Notes: a model not told the origin generated them from the sequence alone. 64,000 nt of DNA from Gammaproteobacteria bacterium (GCA_963422205.2 CAXMWX010000009.1:224001-288000), one strand, 5' to 3'. Counted from the stretch's first letter, positions 1 through 10,260 are shown. Made by a program: numbers and translations.

Positions 1-456
1 TGCACTTGTCATCACCGAACTGCCGGTATTGCAAGAACCTGAAAACACAGCGCGCATAGAAACGGTGCGCGCGGGTATTGCTGATAAGCGGATCGATCAA
101 CACCGCCGTCACCTCGGGTGCGGCAAAACAGCGGTGCAGGGCGTGCTGCATCATCTGCCTGCCATAGCCCTTGCCAAGATAATCAGCCTCACCAATCCCA
201 GATCAATGGCGCGCAGCCTATCTTCCACCCTGCCCCAGTAATGCGTCTCTTCCAGGGCCGGGTCAATGATCTGGATAAACCCAATCGGCTTGCCATCCAC
301 CTCGGCGATAAGTTGCTCACGCCATGCCGGGCGTTTGAGCAATTCGGTCTCCCACTCCCAGTCGGTATTGGGATCAGCGGCGATGATATGCGGCTGCTTA
401 TCCCAATAACGCAGCAGTGACAGGTCGGCGGGGGTGGCTGGTCGAAAATACATCAC
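1..456 (-). pseudogene. GNAT N-acetyltransferase (AAC(6')-like family), 1-nt frameshift near 199, runs off the left edge
   Basis: ORF 151..456 gives the N-half (WREQLIAEVDGKPIGFIQIIDPALEETHYWG...LRAID). A shifted frame continues IGEADYLGKGYGRQMM...VLIDPLISNTRAHRFY, carrying the GNAT acetyl-CoA motif. Confidence 0.75.
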
Positions 457-950
457 TACAGTGTGCGTAAATGGCTCATATTGCCTGGATTATGTCTCGG
501 GCGGATCGAAAAGCACAGCCCAAAACCTTGCGGAATTTCCCGGCCTGAGCGGTTGGCGGCTACTCTGTGGGCAGCAGGATCAACGGCGGTGTGGCTATGG
601 CGGCCGTGGCGGTGCCGGGGCTTGCCCTGGCTGTATGCGCTTGTATGGCCTCAACCTGAACCATCAGGTGATGCGGCTGTTCGGCCCAGGCCCGGCTTGT
701 TGTCTCTTTTATGGTGGATTGTAACGGCAGGCGTCTTGGTGCATGGTTTTAACATCGGCACAGCGTTTTGATCTGTTGTATGCCGGGGCGGACAACCGCC
801 GAAGAGACTGTTCTATCGTTCTGCGTTGTCACCTTATGCTGGTTTCTGGATTATGGTTTCTGGATTATATTGAACAATACGATGCAGTGTGGGTTTGCTG
901 GCATCTCGATATGTTCATCCCCGGCACAGCCGATGCGGCCTGTATCGGCC

Positions 951-2279
951 TTACACCTTCATCGTTGCCATCAGACCGGCGGCGATCAGTATCGGGCCGG
1001 CAAACAAGATAAACATCGGGTACATCGTCCAACCGGCGGCTAACAGGATGCCGGCGATGGCAGGTGAGATGATGGCGCCGGCCCGGCCGAGGCCAATCGC
1101 CCAGCCAATACCAGTCGCCCGCTCGGTGACGGCATAAACACGGGCGGCCACCGAATACATGCCGGTAAAAGCCCCATGTATGCCTAAGCCCATGATAAAA
1201 ACAAGCCAGTTCAGGCTGTCCGGTTGTGCCAGCTGTGGCATGGCAAAATACACCATGCAGGCGGTGGCGATAAAATAAAATGCTGAAATGGTTTTGCCCA
1301 GCCTCAGCTTTGTGGTGATGACTCCTAAGAGATAAATGCCGAGCACACCGCCAAGGTTAAAAAAGAACAGGGCATCAATGCCTTCAGCCCGGCTCAGGCC
1401 GCTGATGACAAACAGCGAGGGGATCCAGGACAGCAGAAAATACAAGCTCAGAAAGCCGGCAAAAAAAGCCAGCCAGAGTTTTAAGGTGTCAGCACGGTAA
1501 TCGACGGTCAGGATGGTGCTGATGCGCCCGGCCCTGGGCGCAGGCGGGCTTATCGGCACCTCATCAACCGGCGCTCGACCAATGAATGCCAATGCCTTGT
1601 TGATCTCGCCTCGCCAGTCGCCCCGGCGCCCGGTCTGGCTGGCCATAAAACTGACAGATTCCGGTAATAATAAAAATGCAGCGAAGGCGGCGATGAGTGT
1701 CATCAGGCCGCCGAACATGAACAGCGACTCCCAGCCGTAATTGGGCAGAATGTGTTGTGCGACCGGGCTGACCACGGTGGCACCGAAGGGATAGCCGGAG
1801 ATAACCAAAGGCACGATAAAATTGCGCCAACGCTCCGGTGTGAACTCGGTTGCCACGGCGGTGGTGGTGGCCAGGATGACGCCGACCCCAAGGCCGGTGA
1901 TGATCCGAAGGCCGATCATCAGCATAAGCGAGCGGGGCAGCAGGCCGGTGATGATCATGGCAACACCGGTCAAGAGTGCCGATGCGATGATCATTCGGCG
2001 GCGACCATAGCGATCACACAGCGGCGCCAGCAACATCGCCCCCAGAGTCATGCCCACCAAGGCGGCGCTGAGGATATACCCGCGCTGATCTTCGGACAGG
2101 CCCCAGGCCTCGGCCAGGTTAGGTGCAGCGACCGCCATGCAGACGATATCAAAGCCATCGAGCATATTGAGAACGAAACACAAGCCGATGATAATCAGTA
2201 TCCCCGCCGTCATATCGCCGTTATCAATGCGCTCCCGCAGGCTCTCTGGTGCGTTGCCGGTATCGGTGGGCTGGGTCAT
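951..2279 (-). CDS. MFS transporter, aromatic acid:H+ symporter-like (PcaK/BenK family)
   Basis: Multiple hydrophobic helices, LDGFD motif, DRYGRR motif A, C-terminal RATGIGWAIGLGRAGAI. Start set at the ATG of MTQPTD. Confidence 0.85.
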   Translation of the reverse strand: MTQPTDTGNAPESLRERIDNGDMTAGILIIIGLCFVLNMLDGFDIVCMAVAAPNLAEAWGLSEDQRGYILSAALVGMTLGAMLLAPLCDRYGRRRMIIASALLTGVAMIITGLLPRSLMLMIGLRIITGLGVGVILATTTAVATEFTPERWRNFIVPLVISGYPFGATVVSPVAQHILPNYGWESLFMFGGLMTLIAAFAAFLLLPESVSFMASQTGRRGDWRGEINKALAFIGRAPVDEVPISPPAPRAGRISTILTVDYRADTLKLWLAFFAGFLSLYFLLSWIPSLFVISGLSRAEGIDALFFFNLGGVLGIYLLGVITTKLRLGKTISAFYFIATACMVYFAMPQLAQPDSLNWLVFIMGLGIHGAFTGMYSVAARVYAVTERATGIGWAIGLGRAGAIISPAIAGILLAAGWTMYPMFILFAGPILIAAGLMATMKV

Positions 2280-2454
2280 GCTGCTCTTTGCTGGGTATTG
2301 TTGGCGACAGCTTAGGGTAATTTTACTTATTTTAATACCAGCAAATGTCCTGCTGGCGGCCAACCATAGAGAGGCGTTTATTGTGATGCAAAACAAGCTG
2401 TATTAGGATGATCGTCATGGTCTTGTCCACACAATACATTGCAAGGAATCCGTT

Positions 2455-4551
2455 ATGCCTGATCTGGTCAGTTATGAAGTTGTTGATGCCGTTGCCGTTA
2501 TCACCATAGACAACCCGCCCGTGAATGCCCTCTCCCATGCTGTCCGTCAGGGCTGCTGGGAGGCGCTGGAGAGACTGGCGAGTGATGACTCAGCCGAGGC
2601 GGCCCTGCTGATCTGTGCTGGCCGCACCTTCATCGCAGGTGCCGACATTACCGAGTTCGACAAGCCAGTAGCAGACCCCTGGCTGCCGGAGTTGGTGGCC
2701 CGGTTTGAGGCCGCTGAGAAGATCACCGTCGCTGCAATCCACGGCACCGCCCTGGGCGGTGGCCTGGAAACCGCTATGGGGTGTCATTACCGCCTGGCCG
2801 CCGCTGATGCCAAAGTCGGGCTGCCGGAGGTGAGTCTGGGCCTGCTGCCGGGGGCAACAGGCACACAGCGGCTGCCGAGGCTGGCCGGGGTCAAACAGGC
2901 TCTGGACATGATGACATCGGGCAAGCCCGTCACGGCAGCGGAGGCGCTGGCCGCTGGCGTACTAGACAAGCTCGCAGAGGGTGAACTGCGTACAGCTGGC
3001 CTGGCCTATGTGAAGGAATTGTTAAGCCGGGGTGCCGGGGTGCGGCGCGTGAGCGAATTGCCCGTCGATAGCGCCGGCATTGATACGGATTTTTTTGCCG
3101 AGTACGAAACTGCCCTGGCCAGGACAGCCCGCGGTTTTTTTGCCCCCTGGCAGATCGTTAAATGCGTCAGGGCCGCGGTTGAAAAACCCTACGATGAGGC
3201 GCTGGCGATTGAGCGGCGCCTGTTCGATGAATGCAAGGCATCCAGCCATTCTGCGGCACAGCGGCATTTGTTTTTTGCCGAAAGAGAGATCGCCAAAATT
3301 CCCGATGTGCCCAAGGACATTGCCCCCCGTCCACTTGAGCAGGTGGCCATCATCGGTGCCGGGACGATGGGCGGGGGCATTGCCATGAACTTTGTCAATG
3401 CGGGCATCCCGGTCGTGTTGCTCGAAGCAGACCAGGGCGGGCTTGAGCGCGGCCTTCAGATCATCCGCAAGCAGTATACCTCGGCCGTGGAGAGGGGCCG
3501 GTTGAGCACCGCGCAGTTGCAGCAGGCGATGGATCTCATCCGCCCGACAGTGGACTATGCCGCCATTGCCGAGGCTGATCTGGTGATCGAGGCGGTGTTT
3601 GAAAACATGGCGGTGAAGCAGGAAGTATTTGCCTGCCTGGATGCTGTCTGCAAGCCCGGCGCCATCCTCGCCACCAACACCTCCAGCCTGGATATTAATG
3701 CCATCGCTGCTGCGACCGGGCGCCCGCAGGATGTGATTGGCCTGCATTTTTTTGCCCCGGCCAACATCATGCCCTTGCTTGAGATCGTGCGTGCCGCCAG
3801 GACGGCCAAAGACGTGATTGCGACTGCCATGACACTGGCGAAGCGGATCCGTAAAGTGGCTGTGCTGGTTGGCGTCTGCTTCGGCTTTGTCGGCAACCGT
3901 CTGTTTTTCCCCTACGTGCGCGAAGCCATGTTGATGCTGCTTGAAGGCGTGGCGCCGGAGCGGATTGATCGGGTGGCCTGTGACTGGGGCATGGCGATGG
4001 GGCCACATGCGGTGACGGATCTGTCCGGGCTGGATGTGTTTCAGCAACTGACGGCCGAATGGGCCGACCGACCGGATGACCCGACTTACTACCGCATGTG
4101 CGAGGTGCTGGTGGGCATGGGGCGTCTTGGACAAAAGACCGGGGCGGGGGTGTATCGCTACGAAGGCCGCCAGGCCATTCCTGACCCGGAAGTGATGCAG
4201 ATAGCCCGGCGTGAGGCCGCTGCCCTGGGCGTGGCGGCACATGACAGCAGCGATGATGAGATCATGGAGCGCCTGTTGTTTGCCATGATCAACGAGGGCG
4301 CCGAGGTGCTGGAGGAGGGCATTGCCCTGCGTCCGGGCGATATCGATGTGGTGTTCGTGAATGGTTACGGGATGCCGCGTTATCGTGGTGGCCCGATGCA
4401 CTATGCTGATCATATTGGTCTGGATACGGTGTGTGCAGGCATCGACAAATATCGTCAGCGCTATGGCGAGCGGTACTGGACACCGGCGCCCCTGCTGCAA
4501 CAACTCGCCCGGCAAGGCAAGACCTTCGCTGCGTGGCAAGCTGGGCGATAA
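2455..4551 (+). CDS. Bifunctional enoyl-CoA hydratase / 3-hydroxyacyl-CoA dehydrogenase (FadB/FadJ-like)
   Basis: N-terminal crotonase (FIAGADITEF, ALGGGLE), followed by GAGTMGGG Rossmann motif, IEAVFE, NTSSL and GLHFFAPAN. Confidence 0.92.
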   Translation: MPDLVSYEVVDAVAVITIDNPPVNALSHAVRQGCWEALERLASDDSAEAALLICAGRTFIAGADITEFDKPVADPWLPELVARFEAAEKITVAAIHGTALGGGLETAMGCHYRLAAADAKVGLPEVSLGLLPGATGTQRLPRLAGVKQALDMMTSGKPVTAAEALAAGVLDKLAEGELRTAGLAYVKELLSRGAGVRRVSELPVDSAGIDTDFFAEYETALARTARGFFAPWQIVKCVRAAVEKPYDEALAIERRLFDECKASSHSAAQRHLFFAEREIAKIPDVPKDIAPRPLEQVAIIGAGTMGGGIAMNFVNAGIPVVLLEADQGGLERGLQIIRKQYTSAVERGRLSTAQLQQAMDLIRPTVDYAAIAEADLVIEAVFENMAVKQEVFACLDAVCKPGAILATNTSSLDINAIAAATGRPQDVIGLHFFAPANIMPLLEIVRAARTAKDVIATAMTLAKRIRKVAVLVGVCFGFVGNRLFFPYVREAMLMLLEGVAPERIDRVACDWGMAMGPHAVTDLSGLDVFQQLTAEWADRPDDPTYYRMCEVLVGMGRLGQKTGAGVYRYEGRQAIPDPEVMQIARREAAALGVAAHDSSDDEIMERLLFAMINEGAEVLEEGIALRPGDIDVVFVNGYGMPRYRGGPMHYADHIGLDTVCAGIDKYRQRYGERYWTPAPLLQQLARQGKTFAAWQAGR

Positions 4552-4693
4552 GGCCAAAAACCGAAAACAGGCATCATGGGTGTGCAAAACCGCCGGGGCA
4601 ATATCGGCCAGCGCTGGCTTGAATTAAAATCGGGCATCTCTGATCTCATGCTAACCTGTCAGATCATGCCCAATCCATGAAGAGGAGTGTTTT

Positions 4694-7168
4694 ATGAACA
4701 CGCTCATTGTTTTTTTGCTGCTCTGGGTGGCGGGCATCACACTGGCTTACCGGCGTGCCAGCCTGCGTACCGCCGCGCTCACCGCCGCCGGGTTGATGTT
4801 GGTCTCGCTGGTTGCCGGTGCGGCTATCGTGCTGTCCTTCCTGCTGCTGTTGGCGACCCTTGCCCTCGGTTTGCTGAGCGTGGACAACTTACGCAAGGAT
4901 TGGCTCACCAGGCCCCTGTTCCGATGGTACAAGCAGCATCTGCCGCCCATCTCGGATACGGAACAGGAGGCCATTGAGGCCGGCACTGTCTGGTGGGAAG
5001 GGCAGCTCTTTAGCGGTATACCTGACTGGCAACAGCTACATGCCTGCGGCAAACCGGAGTTAAGCCGGGAGGAGCAGGCGTTTCTGGACGGGCCGGTCAG
5101 GCAGCTTTGCGAGATGGCTGATCAGTGGCAGGTCAACCATCTGCTGGCCGATGTGCCGGAGGAGATACTCATCTACCTGAAACAGGAAAAGTTCTTCGGG
5201 CTGATCATCCCCAAGTCCTATGGCGGGCTGGAGCTCTCGGCGGTGGCGCAAACCGAGGTGTTGACCCGGATTGCCGTGGTGGGGGGTGTGATCGCCAATT
5301 GTGTGGTCGTGCCAAACTCGCTGGGGCCGGGCGAGTTGCTGCTCAAATACGGCACCGATGAGCAAAAAAATCATTACCTGCCACGGCTGGCGAGCGGCGA
5401 GGATATCCCCTGCTTCGCCCTGACCGGGCCTGCCGCCGGCTCAGATGCCACCGCCATCCCCGACCGGGGCATCGTCTGCCAAGGCAAGTGGCACGGCGAG
5501 GAGATCATCGGTATGAGGCTGAGCTTTGAGAAGCGTTATATCACGCTGGCGCCGGTGGCCACGCTGATTGGCCTGGCCTTTAAGCTGGCCGACCCGGCGC
5601 ATCTGCTTGGCGAGGTAGAGGATTACGGCATCACCTGTGCCTTGATACCCAGAGACACGCCGGGCTTAAAGATCGGTCGGCGGCATCTGCCGGTGGGTGA
5701 TCCGTTCCTCAACGGGCCGGTGTGCGGTGAGGATATCTTTGTGCCGCTGGCATACATCATCGGCGGCCCGGCGATGGCTGGCAAGGGCTGGCAGATGCTG
5801 GTGAATTGTTTATCTGCTGGCCGTTGTATCAGTCTGCCGTCCCTTGCCAACGGGATAAGCGCATACGCCCTGGCGGCAACCGGTGCTTACAGCCGCCTGC
5901 GTAAGCAATTCAAGGTACCACTCAGCCATATGGAGGGGATCCAAAAACCGCTGGCGCGCATGGCCGGGCTGGCCTATATCATCAATGCCGCCCGCTTGCA
6001 GACGGCGGTGGCCGTGGATGGCGGTGCCAAGCCGTCCGTCCCCTCCGCCATCTTGAAATACCATTGCACGGAGATGGCACGGGTGATCATCAACGATGCG
6101 TTTGATATTCATGCCGGCAAGGCCGTGATGAAGGGGCCGAGGAATTATCTGGCCGCCGCTTATGAGAGCATACCGGTGGGGATTACGGTGGAGGGGGCGA
6201 ACATCATGACGCGCAGCCTGATGATCTTCGGTCAGGGCGTGGTGCGTTGTCATCCCTGTATCCTGCAAGAGATGCAACTGGCCGCCGCCGCTGATGCTTA
6301 CCAGGCAGAGCGGCAGTTCGATGAGGTGCTGTTAAATCATCTTGGTTTTGCTGCTGCCAACGCCGCCCGCAGTTTCATCCACGCCCTGACCGCTGCCGTG
6401 TTTTGCCAGGTACCCGCCGGCTCGCCCTTGAAACGCTATTATCAACAGGCCAGCCGCCTGAGTGCTGCGCTGGTGGTAGCGGCTGATGTGTCCATGTTCA
6501 GCTTGCAGGGGGCGTTGAAGCGGCGGGAGATGCTCTCGGCCAGGCTGGGCGACTTGTTGAGCTATCTGTATTTATTGAGCATGGTGTTAAAACACTATGC
6601 CGACAGCGGCAGTCCGGGCGCCGACCGGCCGCTGGCTGAATGGGCATGTCGCTATCTGCTGTATCAGTTCCAGCAGGCCATGCTGGGGCTGATCGAGAAT
6701 TTCCCCAGCCGACTCATCGCCCTGCAACTGAAGGCCACGGTGTTCCCCCTGGGCGCCCGTTTCAAGCTGCCGACAGATCGGCTGGATACCCAGGTGGCCA
6801 ATCTCTTCAGTGCCGATACCGAGACCCGGCGGCGCTTTATGGCGGGCCTCGTGCTCACGGCGGGTGAGGCCAGCCCGATGGGCGAGTTGGAGCAGTTATT
6901 GCGCCAGGCCGATGAGATGGACGCTGTGGATCAAAAATTACAGGCGGCGGTCAAGGCCGGTCAATTATCAAATCATTCGCCAGGCCAGTCACCAGGGACG
7001 ATCAGCCCTGACCACCTTGAGGCAGCCGTAGAGATCGGCCTGCTGGGGCGTGATGAGGCCGCCCGGCGGCGGGATTTTGATGCCCGGCTGGAGCAGATTA
7101 TCCAGGTGGACGACTTTCCTTATGCCGATATCGGTCGGCAATCTGTCGGCAGGCAGGCCGCATGTTAA
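4694..7168 (+). CDS. fadE: Long-chain acyl-CoA dehydrogenase FadE
   Basis: 824 aa with an N-terminal membrane anchor. Motifs PPISDTEQEAIEAGTVWWEG, VPNSLGPGELL, PCFALTGP.AGSDA, ITVEGANIMTRS. Confidence 0.92.
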   Translation: MNTLIVFLLLWVAGITLAYRRASLRTAALTAAGLMLVSLVAGAAIVLSFLLLLATLALGLLSVDNLRKDWLTRPLFRWYKQHLPPISDTEQEAIEAGTVWWEGQLFSGIPDWQQLHACGKPELSREEQAFLDGPVRQLCEMADQWQVNHLLADVPEEILIYLKQEKFFGLIIPKSYGGLELSAVAQTEVLTRIAVVGGVIANCVVVPNSLGPGELLLKYGTDEQKNHYLPRLASGEDIPCFALTGPAAGSDATAIPDRGIVCQGKWHGEEIIGMRLSFEKRYITLAPVATLIGLAFKLADPAHLLGEVEDYGITCALIPRDTPGLKIGRRHLPVGDPFLNGPVCGEDIFVPLAYIIGGPAMAGKGWQMLVNCLSAGRCISLPSLANGISAYALAATGAYSRLRKQFKVPLSHMEGIQKPLARMAGLAYIINAARLQTAVAVDGGAKPSVPSAILKYHCTEMARVIINDAFDIHAGKAVMKGPRNYLAAAYESIPVGITVEGANIMTRSLMIFGQGVVRCHPCILQEMQLAAAADAYQAERQFDEVLLNHLGFAAANAARSFIHALTAAVFCQVPAGSPLKRYYQQASRLSAALVVAADVSMFSLQGALKRREMLSARLGDLLSYLYLLSMVLKHYADSGSPGADRPLAEWACRYLLYQFQQAMLGLIENFPSRLIALQLKATVFPLGARFKLPTDRLDTQVANLFSADTETRRRFMAGLVLTAGEASPMGELEQLLRQADEMDAVDQKLQAAVKAGQLSNHSPGQSPGTISPDHLEAAVEIGLLGRDEAARRRDFDARLEQIIQVDDFPYADIGRQSVGRQAAC

Positions 7169-7232
7169 GCACCCACGCCCGGCAACGGCGGCATGGGCGG
7201 ATGACATCAGACCACATACAAAACCGCAACCG

Positions 7233-8063
7233 ATGATGACTGAACCACAGGGGCCGGCAGCGGACTACCTGGCGTTCCTTACCGGCATGATCGAGCAGGC
7301 GGGCGCTCATGCCATGCGGTATTTTCGCCAGCCCCTGGCAGTTGCTGACAAGAACCGGGGGCAGGGGGTGTTTGATCCGGTGACCCAGGCTGACCGGGAA
7401 GTGGAGGAATTTATTCGGGCCAGCATAGCGGCGGCTTACCCTGGGCATAATATCATTGGCGAGGAGTTTGGCAGCACACAGACGGGCGGCGGCAAGACCT
7501 GGCTGATCGATCCCATAGACGGCACCCGGGGTTTTCTGGCCGGCTCCGGCATGTGGGGGGTCCTGGCGGGCCTGATGGATGGCGAGCGGTGTGTGGCCGG
7601 GGCGATGCGGCAGCCGTTTACCAGTGAGACCTGGGCGGGTGATGGCCGCGGCAGTTATCATATTTATGAAGGCAGAAAAAGTACCATTCATACCCGGCCT
7701 TGTGAGCGGCTGTCGGAGGCCGTGGTTTGCTGTACGCATCCGGCCATGTATCCATCCGCCGAATCGCTGGCCGCTTTTCATCGCGTGGTGGCACAGTGCC
7801 GATTTTCCCGTTACGGGACCGATTGTGTGGGCTATGGTTTGCTGGCCAGCGGGTTTGTCGATTTGGTGATCGAAGGCGGGCTGTCGGCCTACGACATCAT
7901 GCCGCTGATCCCCGTGGTTGAGGGGGCGGGCGGTGTGATCACAGACTGGCAGGGTGACTCTGTCATCACGGAGGCAGCCACCGGGATGACTACCGGCGGG
8001 CTGGTGGTGGCGGCCGCCAGCCGGCCGTTGCATGACCAGGCGCTGACCTTATTGAACCTGTGA
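7233..8063 (+). CDS. hisN: Histidinol-phosphatase, inositol monophosphatase family
   Basis: FDPVTQADRE, IIGEEFG, WLIDPIDGTRGF, YDIMPLIPVVEGAGGVITDW. Start trimmed to ATG 7233. Confidence 0.75.
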   Translation: MMTEPQGPAADYLAFLTGMIEQAGAHAMRYFRQPLAVADKNRGQGVFDPVTQADREVEEFIRASIAAAYPGHNIIGEEFGSTQTGGGKTWLIDPIDGTRGFLAGSGMWGVLAGLMDGERCVAGAMRQPFTSETWAGDGRGSYHIYEGRKSTIHTRPCERLSEAVVCCTHPAMYPSAESLAAFHRVVAQCRFSRYGTDCVGYGLLASGFVDLVIEGGLSAYDIMPLIPVVEGAGGVITDWQGDSVITEAATGMTTGGLVVAAASRPLHDQALTLLNL

Positions 8064-8191
8064 TGTCGTGGGAGAGAGCAGCGGTCTGGCGGTCAATGAG
8101 CTTCTGATCAGGGCTTCTGATCAGGACTCAAACAGCCATGAGGATGATTGTTGTTAGCATGAGGTCAGGGTGACGGCGAAACCATGAGACA

Positions 8192-8453
8192 GTGACTTTT
8201 GACACGTTAGAATTTGTCCGGCGTCTGGATGATGCGGGTGTACCGGAGCGCAAAGCGGAAGCTGAGGTCATCAAGCAGGCTTTTCAGCAGGCACTGGATA
8301 CCGAGGTTGCGAGAAAGTCGGATATTATCGGCCAGGTTTGATTAAGACATGCGGCTGTTGAAATGGATGACAGGCGTTATGTTTGGTTTTGTGCTTGCCA
8401 TATTCTGTACGCTGTTTGTTGTGTTACCACGGATGAGGGTTCCGGGAAGTTAA
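8192..8453 (+). pseudogene. DUF1640/CCDC90-like small coiled-coil membrane protein remnant
   Basis: Manual translation gives VTFDTLEFVRRLDDAGVPERKAEAEVIKQAFQQALDTEVARKSDI*. After a break it continues DMRLLKWMTGVMFGFVLAIF, matching the family pattern FDTL.FV..L..AG...A.K.D...LLKWM plus a TM segment. Confidence 0.6.
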
Positions 8454-8479
8454 AAACAGGCCTGGTTGTTCAGCAACGG

Positions 8480-8529
8480 TGTCGGCCTGCGACATCCTGC
8501 CGCTGATCCCGGTGGTTGAGGGGGGCGGG
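8480..8529 (+). repeat. Diverged 50-bp direct copy of the hisN 3' region (7882..7930)
   Basis: tgtcggcctgcgacatcctgccgctgatcccggtggttgaggggggcggg versus tgtcggcctacgacatcatgccgctgatccccgtggttgagggggcggg: 3 substitutions and 1 extra G. Confidence 0.85.
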
Positions 8530-8539
8530 TACAGGTGGG

Positions 8540-9151
8540 TTATCTCTGGCTTTTAGGCGTGCGGTGCGCCGATGGTTGCCCTTCCCCATCCGGCCACAGC
8601 GCACTCAGTGGGAAACTGATCGCATCAAACGGGGGAACAGAGACGGCGGCATCACCGGCTAAGGAGGCGATTAGCGACCATAGGCCACTGTTGAGTTGAA
8701 ACGCCTCCAGTGTACGCACGTCCGGGTCGACAAACCACAGGTAAGCAACCTCTTCACGGGCATAGATGTCGCGTTTGTCGGTCAAGTCCAACTGGCGGGT
8801 CGAGGGCGATAACACCTCACAGACCCAGTCCGGGGCAAGCTCAAAGAAGGCCGCATTGGGAAGACTGGGCAAGGTTTCACGCCGCCAACCGGCGAGATCG
8901 GGGACGAGAATATCCTCACCGAAGTGTAACTCCGGCTCAAAAACGATCCACCAGCCGCCCGGGCCGCCTCGGCCACGACCAAAGGGGTTGAACAGCTCGC
9001 CCCCCATAACAGAACTTGCCCAAGCATGAGGTATAGCCGGTCGTGGTTGCATTCGCAGCACGCCATAGATGACTTCTGCCACCTTGTGTGGCGGTGCATC
9101 CAGCACATCCTGATAGGTGGCTTTACGGGTTTTTGGGGCGGGGGCGGACAT
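8540..9151 (-). CDS. Uma2 (DUF820) PD-(D/E)XK family endonuclease, copy 1
   Basis: AEVIYG, EPELH, VPDLAGW, APDWVCEVLSPST, KRDIYAREEV.YLW.VDP. Confidence 0.9.
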   Translation of the reverse strand: MSAPAPKTRKATYQDVLDAPPHKVAEVIYGVLRMQPRPAIPHAWASSVMGGELFNPFGRGRGGPGGWWIVFEPELHFGEDILVPDLAGWRRETLPSLPNAAFFELAPDWVCEVLSPSTRQLDLTDKRDIYAREEVAYLWFVDPDVRTLEAFQLNSGLWSLIASLAGDAAVSVPPFDAISFPLSALWPDGEGQPSAHRTPKSQR

Positions 9152-9159
9152 CAGATGGC

Positions 9160-9471
9160 TTACACGTGATGGGCAGTGCTGTTCAATCCGCCACGGCCTG
9201 CGATGAACCCTTTGTGCTCAGCCGCTTGCGGTTTCTCATCCAGGATGACAGGCCCTATGCCCTTCACCTCGGCCAATTCGTCCACAGAGCCAAAGTCCCC
9301 ATGCGCCTGGCGGTGGTCAATGATAGCTTGGGCGAGCGGATCGCCAACACCATCGATCGTCATCAGGGCTTCCTTGACTGCCGTGTTGATGTTGATCGGC
9401 TGGACAGCGAGCAACAGGCCGGGCATGGCCGATAGCAACGCAAGCAGGATAATATGCCGCAGGGTCTTCAT
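9160..9471 (-). CDS. comEA: ComEA family helix-hairpin-helix DNA-binding competence protein (possible C-terminal frameshift)
   Basis: Signal peptide, then ININTA, IDGVG..LAQAIIDHRQAHGDFGSVDELAEVKGIG. Confidence 0.85.
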   Translation of the reverse strand: MKTLRHIILLALLSAMPGLLLAVQPININTAVKEALMTIDGVGDPLAQAIIDHRQAHGDFGSVDELAEVKGIGPVILDEKPQAAEHKGFIAGRGGLNSTAHHV

Positions 9472-9588
9472 GCTGCTCTCCTTACATTGACGTAACTTTC
9501 ATGGCTTGTAGCGTGACCGCGTAGACATGACAGCCGCCCTGGTTTTGGACTGGCGGGAATAATGCGCTGTCCTGATGGTCAATCCTCG

Positions 9589-10173
9589 TCAGCCCTCGGC
9601 CTTGCTCTCATCCGGCCACAGCCCACCTAACGGGAAAGTAATTGCATCGAATGGCGGGACTGAGACGGCGGCATCACCGGCTAATGAGGCAATCAGCGAC
9701 CATGCGCCACTGTTGAGTTGGAACGCCTCCAGCGTACGCACGTCCGGGTCAACAAACCACAGGTAAGCAACCTCTTCACGGGCATAGATGTCGCGCTTGT
9801 CGGTCAAGTCCAGCTGCCGGGTTGAAGGCGATAACACCTCACAGACCCAGTCCGGGGCAATATCGAAGAAGGCGGCATCCGGGTACACCGGCAAGGTCTC
9901 CCGTCGCCAGCCGGCCAGGTCGGGCACCAGAATATCCTCACCCAGATGCAGTTCTGGCTCAAAGACAATCCACCACCCGCCCGGGCCGCCCCGACCTCGG
10001 TCAAAGGGATTAACCAACTCACCCCCGATAATCGAACTCGCCCGTGCATGACGGGCGGCTGGTCGTGGTTGCATCCTAAGCACGCCATGGATGACTTCTG
10101 CCACCTTGTGCGGTGGTGCATCCAGCACGTCCTGGTAGGTGGCTTGATGGGCTTTTGGGGCGGGGGTGGGCAT
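9589..10173 (-). CDS. Uma2 (DUF820) family endonuclease, copy 2
   Basis: Same motifs as copy 1. 23 amino-acid differences over the first 188 aligned residues (manual count). Confidence 0.9.
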   Translation of the reverse strand: MPTPAPKAHQATYQDVLDAPPHKVAEVIHGVLRMQPRPAARHARASSIIGGELVNPFDRGRGGPGGWWIVFEPELHLGEDILVPDLAGWRRETLPVYPDAAFFDIAPDWVCEVLSPSTRQLDLTDKRDIYAREEVAYLWFVDPDVRTLEAFQLNSGAWSLIASLAGDAAVSVPPFDAITFPLGGLWPDESKAEG

Positions 10174-10260
10174 CGGTTTATGCTGTTTTCAATATCGATC
10201 AGGACGCAGGATGATGATAATACCTTGAAAATTAATGCAGGTGCAATGTACGTTGGTAAG

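Noticed and set aside
457-950. Short ORFs and a 14-bp tandem duplication (GGTTTCTGGATTAT x2 at 841-868)
   Set aside because: No recognisable coding signal. The two-copy repeat looks like slippage, as do those at about 8100 and about 47451.
3022-4587. 521-aa antisense ORF (and similar long ones at 7098, 21797, 52303, 56592, 58163)
   Set aside because: Shadow ORFs opposite well-supported GC-rich genes.
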